From Chloroflexota bacterium (GTDB lineage: Bacteria > Chloroflexota > Dehalococcoidia > GIF9 > UBA5629), in assembly GCA_037443085.1 (NCBI GenBank), contig JBBIPA010000003.1, positions 26,534 through 89,500 on the forward strand: 62,967 nucleotides of DNA, written 5' to 3'. Shown in pieces: positions 18,020-27,196 of the stretch. Made by a program: the position numbers and the translations under genes. A model generated the notes under the pieces. That model was not told the origin of the DNA. It searched no databases and saw only the letters and a program-made list of their open reading frames with translations. Position 1 is the stretch's first letter; each line of letters opens with the position of its first letter.

Positions 18020-19207
18020 ATGGAGAGCATAAAAGATAAAGTAGCCATAATCGGAATGGGATGCTCCAAATTCGGAGAGCGCTGGGATACTGGCCTCGAT
18101 GACCTGGTCATCGAAGCTGCCTACGAAGCCTACGAAGATGCTGGCATTAATCCGGCAGACATTCAGGCATGCTGGTTTGGCACAGTTACGGCGCCAACCG
18201 GTGGCATCGGGGGAACCCACCTGGTAAATCCGCTTAAGCTCAAGGGTATTCCCATCACCCGCGTGGAAAACTGGTGCACTACGGGACATGAAGCCTTGAG
18301 GAATGCCTGCTTTGCTGTGGCCTGCGGGATGTACGACATGGTGCTGGCTCTGGGTGCGGAAAAGCTTAAGGATACCGGTTTTCCCGGACTGGGCACGGGG
18401 CGAGGCATGGAGCCAGTTTTGGAAGCAAGACGCACCGCCCCGGGCTCCTTCGGGCTTATTGCCACCAGGTACTTCCACACTTACGGCTTAAGCCCGGAAG
18501 AAGGCAAGAGGATTATCGGCAAGATTGCAGTGAAAAACCACAACAATGGCAGCATGTCACCGAAAGCTCATTTTAGGAACAAGGTAACACTGGAACAGGT
18601 GCTCAATGCTCCTATTATCGCCTGGCCGCTTGGCCTGTTCGATTGCTGCGGTAATAGCGACGGCTCGGCAGCCGCCATTATAGTCCCCGCCAACCAGGCA
18701 AAGAAATTCCGCAAAGACCCGGTTTATATCAAAGGTCTGGGGCTAGCCATGGACCCCCTGCTGCCACAGGCTCGTCCCGGCTTCGACTGGTTAACTTTTG
18801 ACTCACTGGTACAATCTTCGCAACAAGCATACCGGCAAGCAGGAATCACCAACCCTCGGGAACAGCTTGATATCGCCGAGGTTCATGACTGCTTCACCTG
18901 CACCGAGATGATAATCTACGAGAACTTCGGTTTCAGTGCCAGGGGTAAAGCCAAAGAGGATATTGACGCTGGTTTCTTTGAACTTTCCGGAGGCTTGCCG
19001 GTGAACACTGACGGCGGTTTGAAATGCTTCGGGCATCCTGTAGGAGCCAGTGGTCTCAGGATGACTTACGAAGTCTACAAGCAGCTACAGGGGAAAGCTC
19101 AGTCACCAGAGCGCCAACTAAAGAACGTGAAACTAGGTTTATCGCATACTTTCGGAGGCCCACCGCAAATCAGCGCCGTAGCTATATTGGGCGCTGACCC
19201 GGGATGA
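18020..19207 (+). CDS. Thiolase, SCP-x / archaeal acetoacetyl-CoA thiolase type
   Basis: 395 aa with VAIIGMGCSKFG, nucleophile Cys in VENWCTTGHEAL, HDCFTCTE and NTDGGLKCFGHPVGASG. Confidence 0.88.
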   Translation: MESIKDKVAIIGMGCSKFGERWDTGLDDLVIEAAYEAYEDAGINPADIQACWFGTVTAPTGGIGGTHLVNPLKLKGIPITRVENWCTTGHEALRNACFAVACGMYDMVLALGAEKLKDTGFPGLGTGRGMEPVLEARRTAPGSFGLIATRYFHTYGLSPEEGKRIIGKIAVKNHNNGSMSPKAHFRNKVTLEQVLNAPIIAWPLGLFDCCGNSDGSAAAIIVPANQAKKFRKDPVYIKGLGLAMDPLLPQARPGFDWLTFDSLVQSSQQAYRQAGITNPREQLDIAEVHDCFTCTEMIIYENFGFSARGKAKEDIDAGFFELSGGLPVNTDGGLKCFGHPVGASGLRMTYEVYKQLQGKAQSPERQLKNVKLGLSHTFGGPPQISAVAILGADPG

Positions 19208-19228
19208 GGCTATAATCAGTCTGACAAT

Positions 19229-19280
19229 AAGAAAAGCCCAAGTCGCATGAACTGAAAACGACCTGGACTTCTTATTTTTT
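19229..19280 (+). terminator. Imperfect hairpin followed by a T-run downstream of the thiolase gene
   Basis: AAGAA..GTCG / CGAC..TTCTT arms followed by ATTTTTTAAT. It lies between convergent genes. Confidence 0.4.
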
Positions 19281-19320
19281 AATAGGCGTAGAACCTGGTG
19301 AGACCAGAAGTTTCCTAAGT

Positions 19321-19542
19321 TTAATACTCAATCACCGCAATCACGTCGCCAGCCTTAACTACTTTGCCGGCGTCAACCAGCACCTCCTTCACCACACCCC
19401 CCACAGTAGCCAGAATTGGATTTTCCATCTTCATGGCCTCAATGACACAGAGCTCGCCTGATTCGGCAATTTTGTCTCCAGGCTTAACGCTCACACTGAT
19501 TACCTTACCGGGTAACGGCGTTTCTATTTTCTCTAATGCCAT
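19321..19542 (-). CDS. Stand-alone biotinyl (biotin carboxyl carrier) domain protein
   Basis: 73 aa with the CVIEAMKMEN biotinylation motif. Confidence 0.85.
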   Translation of the reverse strand: MALEKIETPLPGKVISVSVKPGDKIAESGELCVIEAMKMENPILATVGGVVKEVLVDAGKVVKAGDVIAVIEY

Positions 19543-19576
19543 AGTATTTGGCTCCTCTCCTGTAAATTAAGCTTTT

Positions 19577-20719
19577 CTATCTTATACCCAGCTCACGGGA
19601 TATGACAAGTTGCTGTATCTCCGAGGTGCCTTCAGTAATTGTTGCCAATCTGGCATCCCTGAAGTAGCGCTGGGCTACAGACTCCTCCATAAGACCATAG
19701 CCACCATGAATCTGCATGCTCTCTGTGGTTACATATACCGCTGCCTCACTGGCAAAAAGCTTGGCCATGGCAGCTTCTTTTCGATGTTCTTTACCCTGGT
19801 CAAAAAGCCAGGCGGAATAATAGGTTAACCATTTCGCCGCCTCGATCTGTAATGCCATCCTGGCCAACTTGAAAGAATTCGCCTGGAATTTAGCTATCGG
19901 CTGTCCAAATTGCACTCGCTCATTAGCATATGCCAGAGCATCATCAAAGGCAGCTCGCGCCAGCCCCAGGCTCCGGGCAGCATGAGAGATTCTACCTCCC
20001 GTTAACACCTCCATTATAGCGGCGAAACCCTTGCCTTCTTCGCCAATAAGATTCTCTGCCGGCACAGCGCAATCCACAAAACTCAATTCAGCAACTTCGC
20101 CGGAACAGGCACAGAATTTGTGAAGCTTGGAACGAGTAAACCCGGGGGTGCCCGCTTCAACTACAAGCAGGCTGATACCTCCTCTGTCCCCCTTGCTTTT
20201 ATCTGTCACCGAAGCAACCACTACAAAATCACTGAAGGAACCATTAGTAATGAATATTTTGGTTCCATTGAGAATATACTTGCCGCCTTTCTTAGTTGCC
20301 ACCGTCTCGATAGCCGCAGCATCGGATCCAACGTTAGGCTCAGTGAGTCCAAAGGCAGCTATTTTCTGCCCCTTAATGGCAGGCACCAGGTATTTTTGCT
20401 TCTGCACTTCAGTGCCACGCTTGACTAGTGCTGCGGTGCCAATACCTCCCTGCACCATGGTGCCGGCAGCTATCCCTACAGAGTAGTAGGCAACCTCTTC
20501 AACAGCAATGCATTCACCCACTTTGCCCATACCGGCAGCACCGTATTGCGGTGAATAGCTGAGACAGAGATAACCCAGCTCACCCATTTTGGGGAATAAT
20601 TGAACAGGGAACGTCCTGTTTTTTTCAGCCTCGTCAACCAGGGGGGCTATTTCTTTCTCGGCAAAGCTGCGAATAGCCTCCTTTAACATTTTTTGCTCTT
20701 CATTAAACTCAAAGTCCAT
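19577..20719 (-). CDS. Acyl-CoA dehydrogenase
   Basis: I chose the internal ATG at 20717-20719 (MDFEFNEEQKMLKEA), which is preceded by AAGGAG. ACAD motifs are present (GLTEPNVGSDA, QIHGGYG, TITEGTSEIQ). The ORF-track 5' extension looks spurious. Confidence 0.9.
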   Translation of the reverse strand: MDFEFNEEQKMLKEAIRSFAEKEIAPLVDEAEKNRTFPVQLFPKMGELGYLCLSYSPQYGAAGMGKVGECIAVEEVAYYSVGIAAGTMVQGGIGTAALVKRGTEVQKQKYLVPAIKGQKIAAFGLTEPNVGSDAAAIETVATKKGGKYILNGTKIFITNGSFSDFVVVASVTDKSKGDRGGISLLVVEAGTPGFTRSKLHKFCACSGEVAELSFVDCAVPAENLIGEEGKGFAAIMEVLTGGRISHAARSLGLARAAFDDALAYANERVQFGQPIAKFQANSFKLARMALQIEAAKWLTYYSAWLFDQGKEHRKEAAMAKLFASEAAVYVTTESMQIHGGYGLMEESVAQRYFRDARLATITEGTSEIQQLVISRELGIR

Positions 20720-20923
20720 TACGGAATATCTCCTTATGCCAATCCCCTGCGCAAAAGGCCAAGACATTATATTGGGAAACAACTTATATTTCAAACTGAT
20801 TTGCCCCCGAGCCCTGACAAAATACGGGGTGAGAGGCAAATTACAACCGAAGCAGTTATGTTTTGCTCATATTAACACTATATCGACACTGTAGTGGAGG
20901 TTTGTGTGCTGCAATTAAGGTGA

Positions 20924-20960
20924 GGCATCGGGATTTCCCTTACACCGGAATCGCGATGCC
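20924..20960 (-). terminator. Hairpin GGCATCG-N23-CGATGCC immediately downstream of the 2H phosphoesterase gene
   Basis: 7-bp stem located 11 nt after the stop at 20972. The U-run is on the plus-strand side only, so its function is uncertain. Confidence 0.35.
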
Positions 20961-20971
20961 TTTTTATTTCT

Positions 20972-21583
20972 TCAATCCATCTTCCAACCGGACAACTTAA
21001 CCTCAGCCAAACGACTGTACACCGCCCCGCCGGGCAGAAGCTGGCTCCTCATCAGGTTGATGCTGGTCACTGCGATTTTATAAGTGCTACTAAAACTGGT
21101 TTTCCTGACAAGCTCGCCAAAATCGCGCCGATTCTGCAGCGAGGCTGTTTCCCTTATTCTGGCAAGCGTCAGATGAGGGGTAAAGGCACGCTTCTCTTTG
21201 GGAAAACCCTCCGGCTCCAATACATCGTCTACCCGCTTTTGCAGAGAAGTTAGTTTATTGATATCACCTCCGACACCCAGCCAGAAGACATTGGGGCGAT
21301 TCAAATTGGGAAAAGCTCCCAACCCGGTTGTTTCCAACTGGAAATGCGTAATCCCCTCGCTCGCCTTCGCTAAGGCTGTGCTCATTTCAGCCAGTTTCAC
21401 AGCAGGTATATTCCCCAGAAACTTCAAGGTAAGATGAATTCCTTCGGGAGCTACCCACTTCACAAAAGCATAACCTGAAGACTTCATCTCACTCTGCAAC
21501 CGAAGTAACCCGGACTTAAGGTCATCCGTCAACTCTATAGCGATGAACGACCTGATCTGCTCATTATCCACTGGCTGCCCCAA
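20972..21583 (-). CDS. RNA 2',3'-cyclic phosphodiesterase (LigT/ThpR, 2H phosphoesterase)
   Basis: Two HxT/Sx motifs (HLTLKFLG and HLTLARI). Confidence 0.88.
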   Translation of the reverse strand: MGQPVDNEQIRSFIAIELTDDLKSGLLRLQSEMKSSGYAFVKWVAPEGIHLTLKFLGNIPAVKLAEMSTALAKASEGITHFQLETTGLGAFPNLNRPNVFWLGVGGDINKLTSLQKRVDDVLEPEGFPKEKRAFTPHLTLARIRETASLQNRRDFGELVRKTSFSSTYKIAVTSINLMRSQLLPGGAVYSRLAEVKLSGWKMD

Positions 21584-21603
21584 TGTAACAACATGTCTAA
21601 TTT

Positions 21604-22452
21604 TTATAGAGATAACAGCTTCTTAGCGTTACCACCGAGTATTTTCGCTTCATCTTCCTTACTCAGGCTGACAGATTCCACCTGACTGATAATGCGTTTT
21701 GGCGAAAGCAGCGGATAATCGCTGCCAAAAAGAATTTTGTCGCTGCCCACCAGCTCAGCCACCTGACGGAATATCTGCGGCTTGTACAAAAACGGCGTCG
21801 CCGCAGTATCGAAGAAAACATTGGCTAATGCTTTCTCCACTTCCGGCATCAAGGCATAGAAGGGCATACCACCACCCCAGTGCGCACACACCAGCTTTAG
21901 CTCAGGAAAGCTCATGACAAACGGATAGATGACATCAGGGGTTATTTTGCCCTTACCTGAGTACTCATGCCCCACTGGTTCAGAAGCATGAATCAGAAAA
22001 ACTAAGCCCTTTTTTACTACCGCTTCAACAAGTGGCTTCATAGCTTTGGTATCCCTGATATCGAAGCCCTGCACATCAGGTCTCATCTCACCAATGCCAC
22101 CGGCTCCATTTCCAGCGCAACGCTCCACTTCCCTGATAGCCCTGTCGCCGGCTCGGGGCTGAACGGCACAAAAGCCAATCAACCTCTTCGGATATTTCGC
22201 TACTGACTCCAGAATATAGTCATTGGTCTCAACGCATAGTTCATGGCTCTGCCAGCCTAGATTGAGAATGGCAGACTTATCTACTTGGCATTCATCCATA
22301 TTGCTGATTACCTCCTCGGCCGTAACCAGCTTCGCCGTTGGCTGCGCATAGAGCAGGGCAAAACAAGCGTCTCGTCCAGCATAGTCAGCACGCCTCTCTA
22401 TTATCCGAGGAGAAACTATATGAGTGTGAAAGTCGATTATCACGTCCCGCAT
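21604..22452 (-). CDS. Amidohydrolase-2 family metal-dependent hydrolase (TIM barrel)
   Basis: IIDFHTHI near the N-terminus, HASEP.GHE, CAHWGGG and FGSDYP motifs. Confidence 0.8.
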   Translation of the reverse strand: MRDVIIDFHTHIVSPRIIERRADYAGRDACFALLYAQPTAKLVTAEEVISNMDECQVDKSAILNLGWQSHELCVETNDYILESVAKYPKRLIGFCAVQPRAGDRAIREVERCAGNGAGGIGEMRPDVQGFDIRDTKAMKPLVEAVVKKGLVFLIHASEPVGHEYSGKGKITPDVIYPFVMSFPELKLVCAHWGGGMPFYALMPEVEKALANVFFDTAATPFLYKPQIFRQVAELVGSDKILFGSDYPLLSPKRIISQVESVSLSKEDEAKILGGNAKKLLSL

Positions 22453-22636
22453 TATAATTGACTAACTCAATATTCTCAACAGGTCAATGTACTATCTGGC
22501 TGCAAGACTAGAAAGTTGCAAAAAGTCGAGATTTCCTATAGTCTTTTTTGTTATCATCTTGTTGAAAGGCCAAACGAGGCTGGTGACCATCATAAACATG
22601 ATAACCAAGAAAGGTACTGGGGCAAGGTAAGCTTCC

Positions 22637-23836
22637 ATGGAAAAAGATAAGGCTCTGGGTCGAGTCTCTTCAGCCATAAGCGGACTACGTGACCTCAACG
22701 CCATCCTCAAAATCGGGCTGGATACCGTCCTCGATATCATCAATGGTGATGTCGGCGGCATCATGCTGCTCGATGAGCAGACCAGAACACTCTCCTACCG
22801 CATTTACCACAATCTGTCAGTCAACTACGCGGAGGAAATGCAGCTAAAGCTGGGGGAAGGGATTGCCGGCAAAGTAGCCCAGAGCGGTAAAGCCAGACTG
22901 GTCGAAGATCTAACCACCGAGCCTAACGCCGCCCATCCCAGCTTAATCAGCACCGAGGGACTGAAAGCATTTGTCAGTGTCCCCTTGAGAGCCAAGGGCA
23001 AAGTACTGGGAGTAATGAATGTCGCCAGCCATAAGGCACATCAGTTTACCGAGAGGGATATGCTGGTGCTGGACTCCATCGGAGACCAGCTTGGTATCGC
23101 CGTCGAACAGGCAAATCTCTACGAACAATTGCGACGAAGCAGAGAGCGATACCGCCGACTCGCCCAGCAAATACTGGTGGCTCAGGAAGAAGAGCGGCGA
23201 CGGATCGCCCGGGAGCTTCATGACGACACCAGCCAGACCCTTTCCGGCCTGGCATTGAACCTGCAAGCCCTGGTAGAGATGACAGATATGACCAATGTCA
23301 ACAATGCCGAATTCAAAGCCAGGCTCAAGAAAGCGCTCTCTCTAGCGGTCCAGATAGGCAGCGAGGTAAGCCGCCTCATCGCTGATTTGCGCCCTACACT
23401 TCTGGACACACTGGGACTCATCCCTGCTATCCGACATTATGCTGAGACAAATCTCTCTCCCGCGGGCATCAATGTATCCTTCAAATTCGATGAAAGCCTG
23501 AGCAAGTTCTCGCCGCAGGTCGAGGCTGGGTTATTCCGCATCATCCAGGGAACAGCAGGCAATATCCTGCACCACTCTAAGGCTAAGAACGTCAACATCA
23601 GCCTGCAGCGTCAGGGAGATGAAATTGTCCTCCAGATAACTGATGACGGCGTCGGCTTTGAGGTTTCCCAGATTACCCGCATTGAGGAAAGTGGTCGTGG
23701 GGCCGGACTGTTCAGCATGAAAGAAAGGACCAGGCAACTGGGCGGTCGTTGCCATATCGACTCCCACCCTGGCCAGGGAACCCGAATCAACGTCATCGTG
23801 CCGTTGGTCAAGAGCACCGCCAATGAAAAGGATTAG
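22637..23836 (+). CDS. GAF-domain sensor histidine kinase (HisKA_3 / NarX-DegS type)
   Basis: GAF region, then ARELHDDTSQTL (phospho-His box) and an HATPase_c domain (DDGVGF, GRGAGLFSMKER). Confidence 0.9.
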   Translation: MEKDKALGRVSSAISGLRDLNAILKIGLDTVLDIINGDVGGIMLLDEQTRTLSYRIYHNLSVNYAEEMQLKLGEGIAGKVAQSGKARLVEDLTTEPNAAHPSLISTEGLKAFVSVPLRAKGKVLGVMNVASHKAHQFTERDMLVLDSIGDQLGIAVEQANLYEQLRRSRERYRRLAQQILVAQEEERRRIARELHDDTSQTLSGLALNLQALVEMTDMTNVNNAEFKARLKKALSLAVQIGSEVSRLIADLRPTLLDTLGLIPAIRHYAETNLSPAGINVSFKFDESLSKFSPQVEAGLFRIIQGTAGNILHHSKAKNVNISLQRQGDEIVLQITDDGVGFEVSQITRIEESGRGAGLFSMKERTRQLGGRCHIDSHPGQGTRINVIVPLVKSTANEKD

Positions 23837-24476
23837 AGTACTGGTAGTGGATGACCATACCATCGTCCGCGATGGCATCTGCGCCCTGCTAGGGCTGGCT
23901 GGTGATATGGAGGTGGTGGGCGAAGCTTCCAACGGAAAGGAAGCCATAGAAATGGTCAAAAAACTGTCTCCAGATGTGGTGCTCATGGACATAGCCATGC
24001 CCATCATGGGCGGGCTGGAGGCAACACATCGGCTACATAAAGATTTCCCCCATGTAAAAGTGCTGGCGCTCACTCAATACGATGAACGAGAATATGTATT
24101 CCCTATAATCGAAGCCGGTGCCTACGGCTTCATCAGCAAGTCAGCGGCTTCGTCCGAGCTGACCACAGGCATCCGCTCCGTTCACAAGGGGGACTCGTTC
24201 CTATCCCCTTCCGTGGCCAAATATCTGGTGGAAGTATATCGACAGGGTGGCACGGTAAAAAGAACCCACGACCCCTATGATGAGCTTACCGACCGCGAGC
24301 GGGAAGTGCTCAAGCTGCTGGCAGAAGGATATACCAACCAGGAAATCGCCTCCATGCTCTCCATCAGCCCCAAGACCGCTGAAGGACACAAGACCAGCCT
24401 CATGTCCAAGCTTGATATCCACAACCGCGCTGAATTGGTCAAATATGCCCTGCGTAAGGGCATCATCACCATCTAA
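23823..24476 (+). CDS. NarL/LuxR-family response regulator (REC + HTH)
   Basis: VLVVDDH...DVVLMDIAMP receiver domain. C-terminal LTDREREVLKLLAEGYTNQEIA..LSISPKTAEGH LuxR HTH. Overlaps the kinase gene by 14 nt. Confidence 0.93.
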   Translation: MKRIRVLVVDDHTIVRDGICALLGLAGDMEVVGEASNGKEAIEMVKKLSPDVVLMDIAMPIMGGLEATHRLHKDFPHVKVLALTQYDEREYVFPIIEAGAYGFISKSAASSELTTGIRSVHKGDSFLSPSVAKYLVEVYRQGGTVKRTHDPYDELTDREREVLKLLAEGYTNQEIASMLSISPKTAEGHKTSLMSKLDIHNRAELVKYALRKGIITI

Positions 24477-24639
24477 TTAAACCCCACCTCCCCATACACC
24501 AAATCCAAAATCCCAAGCACCAAATTACAAATTTAAAAGATAATCACCAGCCATATGAATCTACATCTACACCCTGCAACTAATTAGATCCCTCTGAGGT
24601 ATTGTGCTTTTTTATTTAATCTTTTATGATATACCACAT

Positions 24640-26204
24640 ATGAGACCTTACCACTTTTTCATCTTACTTCTTGTTTTTGCATTATTCGTAAGCTGCACAA
24701 CTGCAGTTCCTCCTAAATTACCTGAACCACCTAAATCTAGCCCAACTCCAGCAAAATTTTCCCTGTCAAATCTCTCTATTAAGCCGACATCTATCCAATC
24801 CGGTGAAATGGTATCTATAAGCATAGATGCAACTAATACAGGTGGAACTGACGGGAATTATACTGTAGTTCTAATGTTAAATGGCGAAAAGGCAGCAGAG
24901 GAAACAATTGCCGTAGCCAAAGGTAATACGAGCACTGTTACGTTCGCGATAATAAAGGATGATATTACTATTTACGACGTGGCTGTGGGCGATTTGAAAG
25001 CCAGTTTTACCACTATGCCACTCACAGGCAATGCCAGCGGGATACATGCGCCAGGGATGGTCAGCTTTGACAATATTATTTCCAATCTCATGAAAGAATG
25101 GAGGATTCCGGGTGGCGCTGTCGCCGTTGCAAAAAACGGACGATTAGTCCTTGCGCGAGGCTATGGCATGACTGACTCGCAGCTTAAAGCACATGTAATG
25201 CCTACATCACTCTTCCGTATCGCTAGTATTTCAAACCCATCACTGCCGCCGCTATTCTCAAATTAGTGGAACAGGGCAAGCTCGATCTCGATGCAAAGGC
25301 TTTCAGTATTCTTAACATTACACAATCCGCCGTCAAGGATCGCAGAATTTATGACATCACAATTCGTAATTTATTACAACACTCTGGCGGATGGGATCGA
25401 GAGAAAAGTTTCGATCCAATGTTTATTTCAAATAGAGCCGCAAGCGAAATAGGTGCACCACAACCAGCAAGTAGTGAAACCATAATACGCTTTATGTTAG
25501 GACAACAGTTGGATTTCGACCCAGGTAGCCGATTTGCATATTCAAATTTTGGTTACTGTATTCTTAGCCGCATAATCGAGAAGGTAACTGGACAAAGCTA
25601 TCAGAATTATGTTAATAATCAAATCTTAATACCATTGGGAATCACGCAAGCACGCATCGGACGCTCTCTAATTGATGAGAGAGTTAAAAATGAAGTTAGA
25701 TACTACGATTTTCCTAGCGCACTTGCAAGTCAATCCGTATTCCCCAATATCTCAGGCTTGGCCCCTACACCATATGGCGGATTTTATCTCGAAGCGATGG
25801 ATTCCCACGGCGGCTGGATTACCTCAGCAATAGATCTTGTGCGCTTCGCAGTTGCTCTTGAAGGCAGTAAATCCCCAAATTTACTGAAACCAGAAACGGC
25901 AAAGACCATGGTGTCTCGTCCACAACCACCCCTATGGGTAGGCACTCCCTATTACTACGGTACAGGTTGGTTAGTACGCCCAGTGTCCAACGATGCCAAT
26001 TGGTGGCATACTGGGTCACTCCCCGGAACTGCTACTATCCTCGTCCGCACTAATAACGGCTTCGTATGGGCGGCACTATTTAACTCTCGCCCCACCAATG
26101 GGGGCAATTTTTTATTGGAAGTGGACAATGCACTCTGGAAAGCAGCTCGCGAGGTTACTGAATGGCCAACACATAACCTTTTTAAGCAATACGGATACAA
26201 ATAA
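24640..26204 (+). pseudogene. Serine hydrolase / class C beta-lactamase-family lipoprotein with an N-terminal CARDB-like domain, disrupted by a 1-nt frameshift at the SxxK motif
   Basis: ORFs 24604-25266 and 25266-26204 join as ...LFRIASIS|KPITAAAILKLVEQGKLDLD if one A is restored at 25233-25235. Lipobox (LFVSC) follows the ATG at 24640. The segment is AT-rich. Confidence 0.8.
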
Positions 26205-26280
26205 AAAGCATGCCAACTTATAGGTTTTGAGTACCAATGACACTGTCTCGCTCGTTTCACATATCTCGCCACTATGCCCA

Positions 26281-26366
26281 CATCATAACTGATAAAACTA
26301 GGGTAATATCCTCCTCCCTTTTGAGGTAAAGACCTCTTCTCCTCCCCTACCACATTGTTTACCATG
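26281..26366 (+). repeat. Conserved ~85-nt upstream element, copy A (TAGGGTAATATCC...TTTTGAGGTAAAGACCTCTTCTCCTC...)
   Basis: Aligns with 29914-29996. Identical blocks of 13 nt and 26 nt include the hairpin GAGGT-aaag-ACCTC. It ends about 50 nt before the ATG at 26414. Confidence 0.75.
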
Positions 26367-26413
26367 ATAATAGGTGCAGAGGGTTTTGTTTTCCAAAGGC
26401 AGGAAGGTTACTT

Positions 26414-27196
26414 ATGAAAACCAGAGGTAAAATTCTCATAGCCGACGACGAGACCGAGTTCAAAGCTGAACTGCAGGCGACACTTGAAGGGCAACACTAC
26501 CAGGTAGTCACCGTCGGCAATAAAACGCAGGCACAGGAAATGACACGGCGGGAAAGCCCCGACCTGGTCATTTTAGGCACCCTTGCCCCAAGGGGCGATG
26601 CCTTCCTGTTCCATCAATGGCTAAGACGGAGTCAGCATTTCAGTGAACTTCCCCTTATTGTCATCGACGCCTCACCGGACAAGCAGCTTACCAGGGGATG
26701 GACCAAGGACGAGGGATTAAGGCTTGAAGCCGAAGACTATTTCTCCAAGCCGGTCAACCCCACATCATTGCTCCCCTTTATCGAGAAGCTGCTGGACAAG
26801 GTTACCCTGAAGATCAAAGTGCTCATAGCGGATGACCACGTCGTCGCCAGAGAAGGCATTCGCACCTTGCTCAACCTTCAAAAGGATATAGAAGTGGTAG
26901 GCGAAGCTATTGATGGCAAAGAGGCCGTTGTGAAAACACGCCAGCTTGCCCCTGACATTGTCCTCATGGACATTGTCATGCCCCTAATGGATGGGCTGGA
27001 GGCAACCAGGCAGATATGCCAGGATACCAGAGTGCTCATTCTTTCCCAATACGATGATGAAGATACTATCCTTGCCAGCTATCAGGCAGGTGCTGTCGGC
27101 TTCATACCCAAAAATAGCGCCAGCACGCGTCTGATTAACGATATCAGAACCGCCAGCAAGACGGAGAAGAGTCAACATGCTATCAGTAAGAGCTAG
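26414..27196 (+). CDS. Tandem-receiver protein (REC-REC, no output domain); first REC is a pseudo-receiver
   Basis: REC1 has DLVILGTLAP, with Gly55 (codon 26576-26578) where the phospho-acceptor Asp is expected. REC2 is canonical (VLIADDH...DIVLMDIVMP). Confidence 0.85.
   Translation: MKTRGKILIADDETEFKAELQATLEGQHYQVVTVGNKTQAQEMTRRESPDLVILGTLAPRGDAFLFHQWLRRSQHFSELPLIVIDASPDKQLTRGWTKDEGLRLEAEDYFSKPVNPTSLLPFIEKLLDKVTLKIKVLIADDHVVAREGIRTLLNLQKDIEVVGEAIDGKEAVVKTRQLAPDIVLMDIVMPLMDGLEATRQICQDTRVLILSQYDDEDTILASYQAGAVGFIPKNSASTRLINDIRTASKTEKSQHAISKS

Noticed and set aside
19577-20839. The full-length 420-aa version of the acyl-CoA dehydrogenase ORF.
   Set aside because: The first 40 residues are non-homologous. 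The internal ATG at 20717-20719 has an AAGGAG RBS and starts at the conserved MDFEFNEEQ N-terminus.
20840-20965. A possible small plus-strand RNA ending at the hairpin plus T-run at 20924-20965.
   Set aside because: There is no convincing promoter. The hairpin sits 11 nt after the stop of the minus-strand 2H-phosphoesterase gene and is more simply its terminator or a REP-like hairpin.
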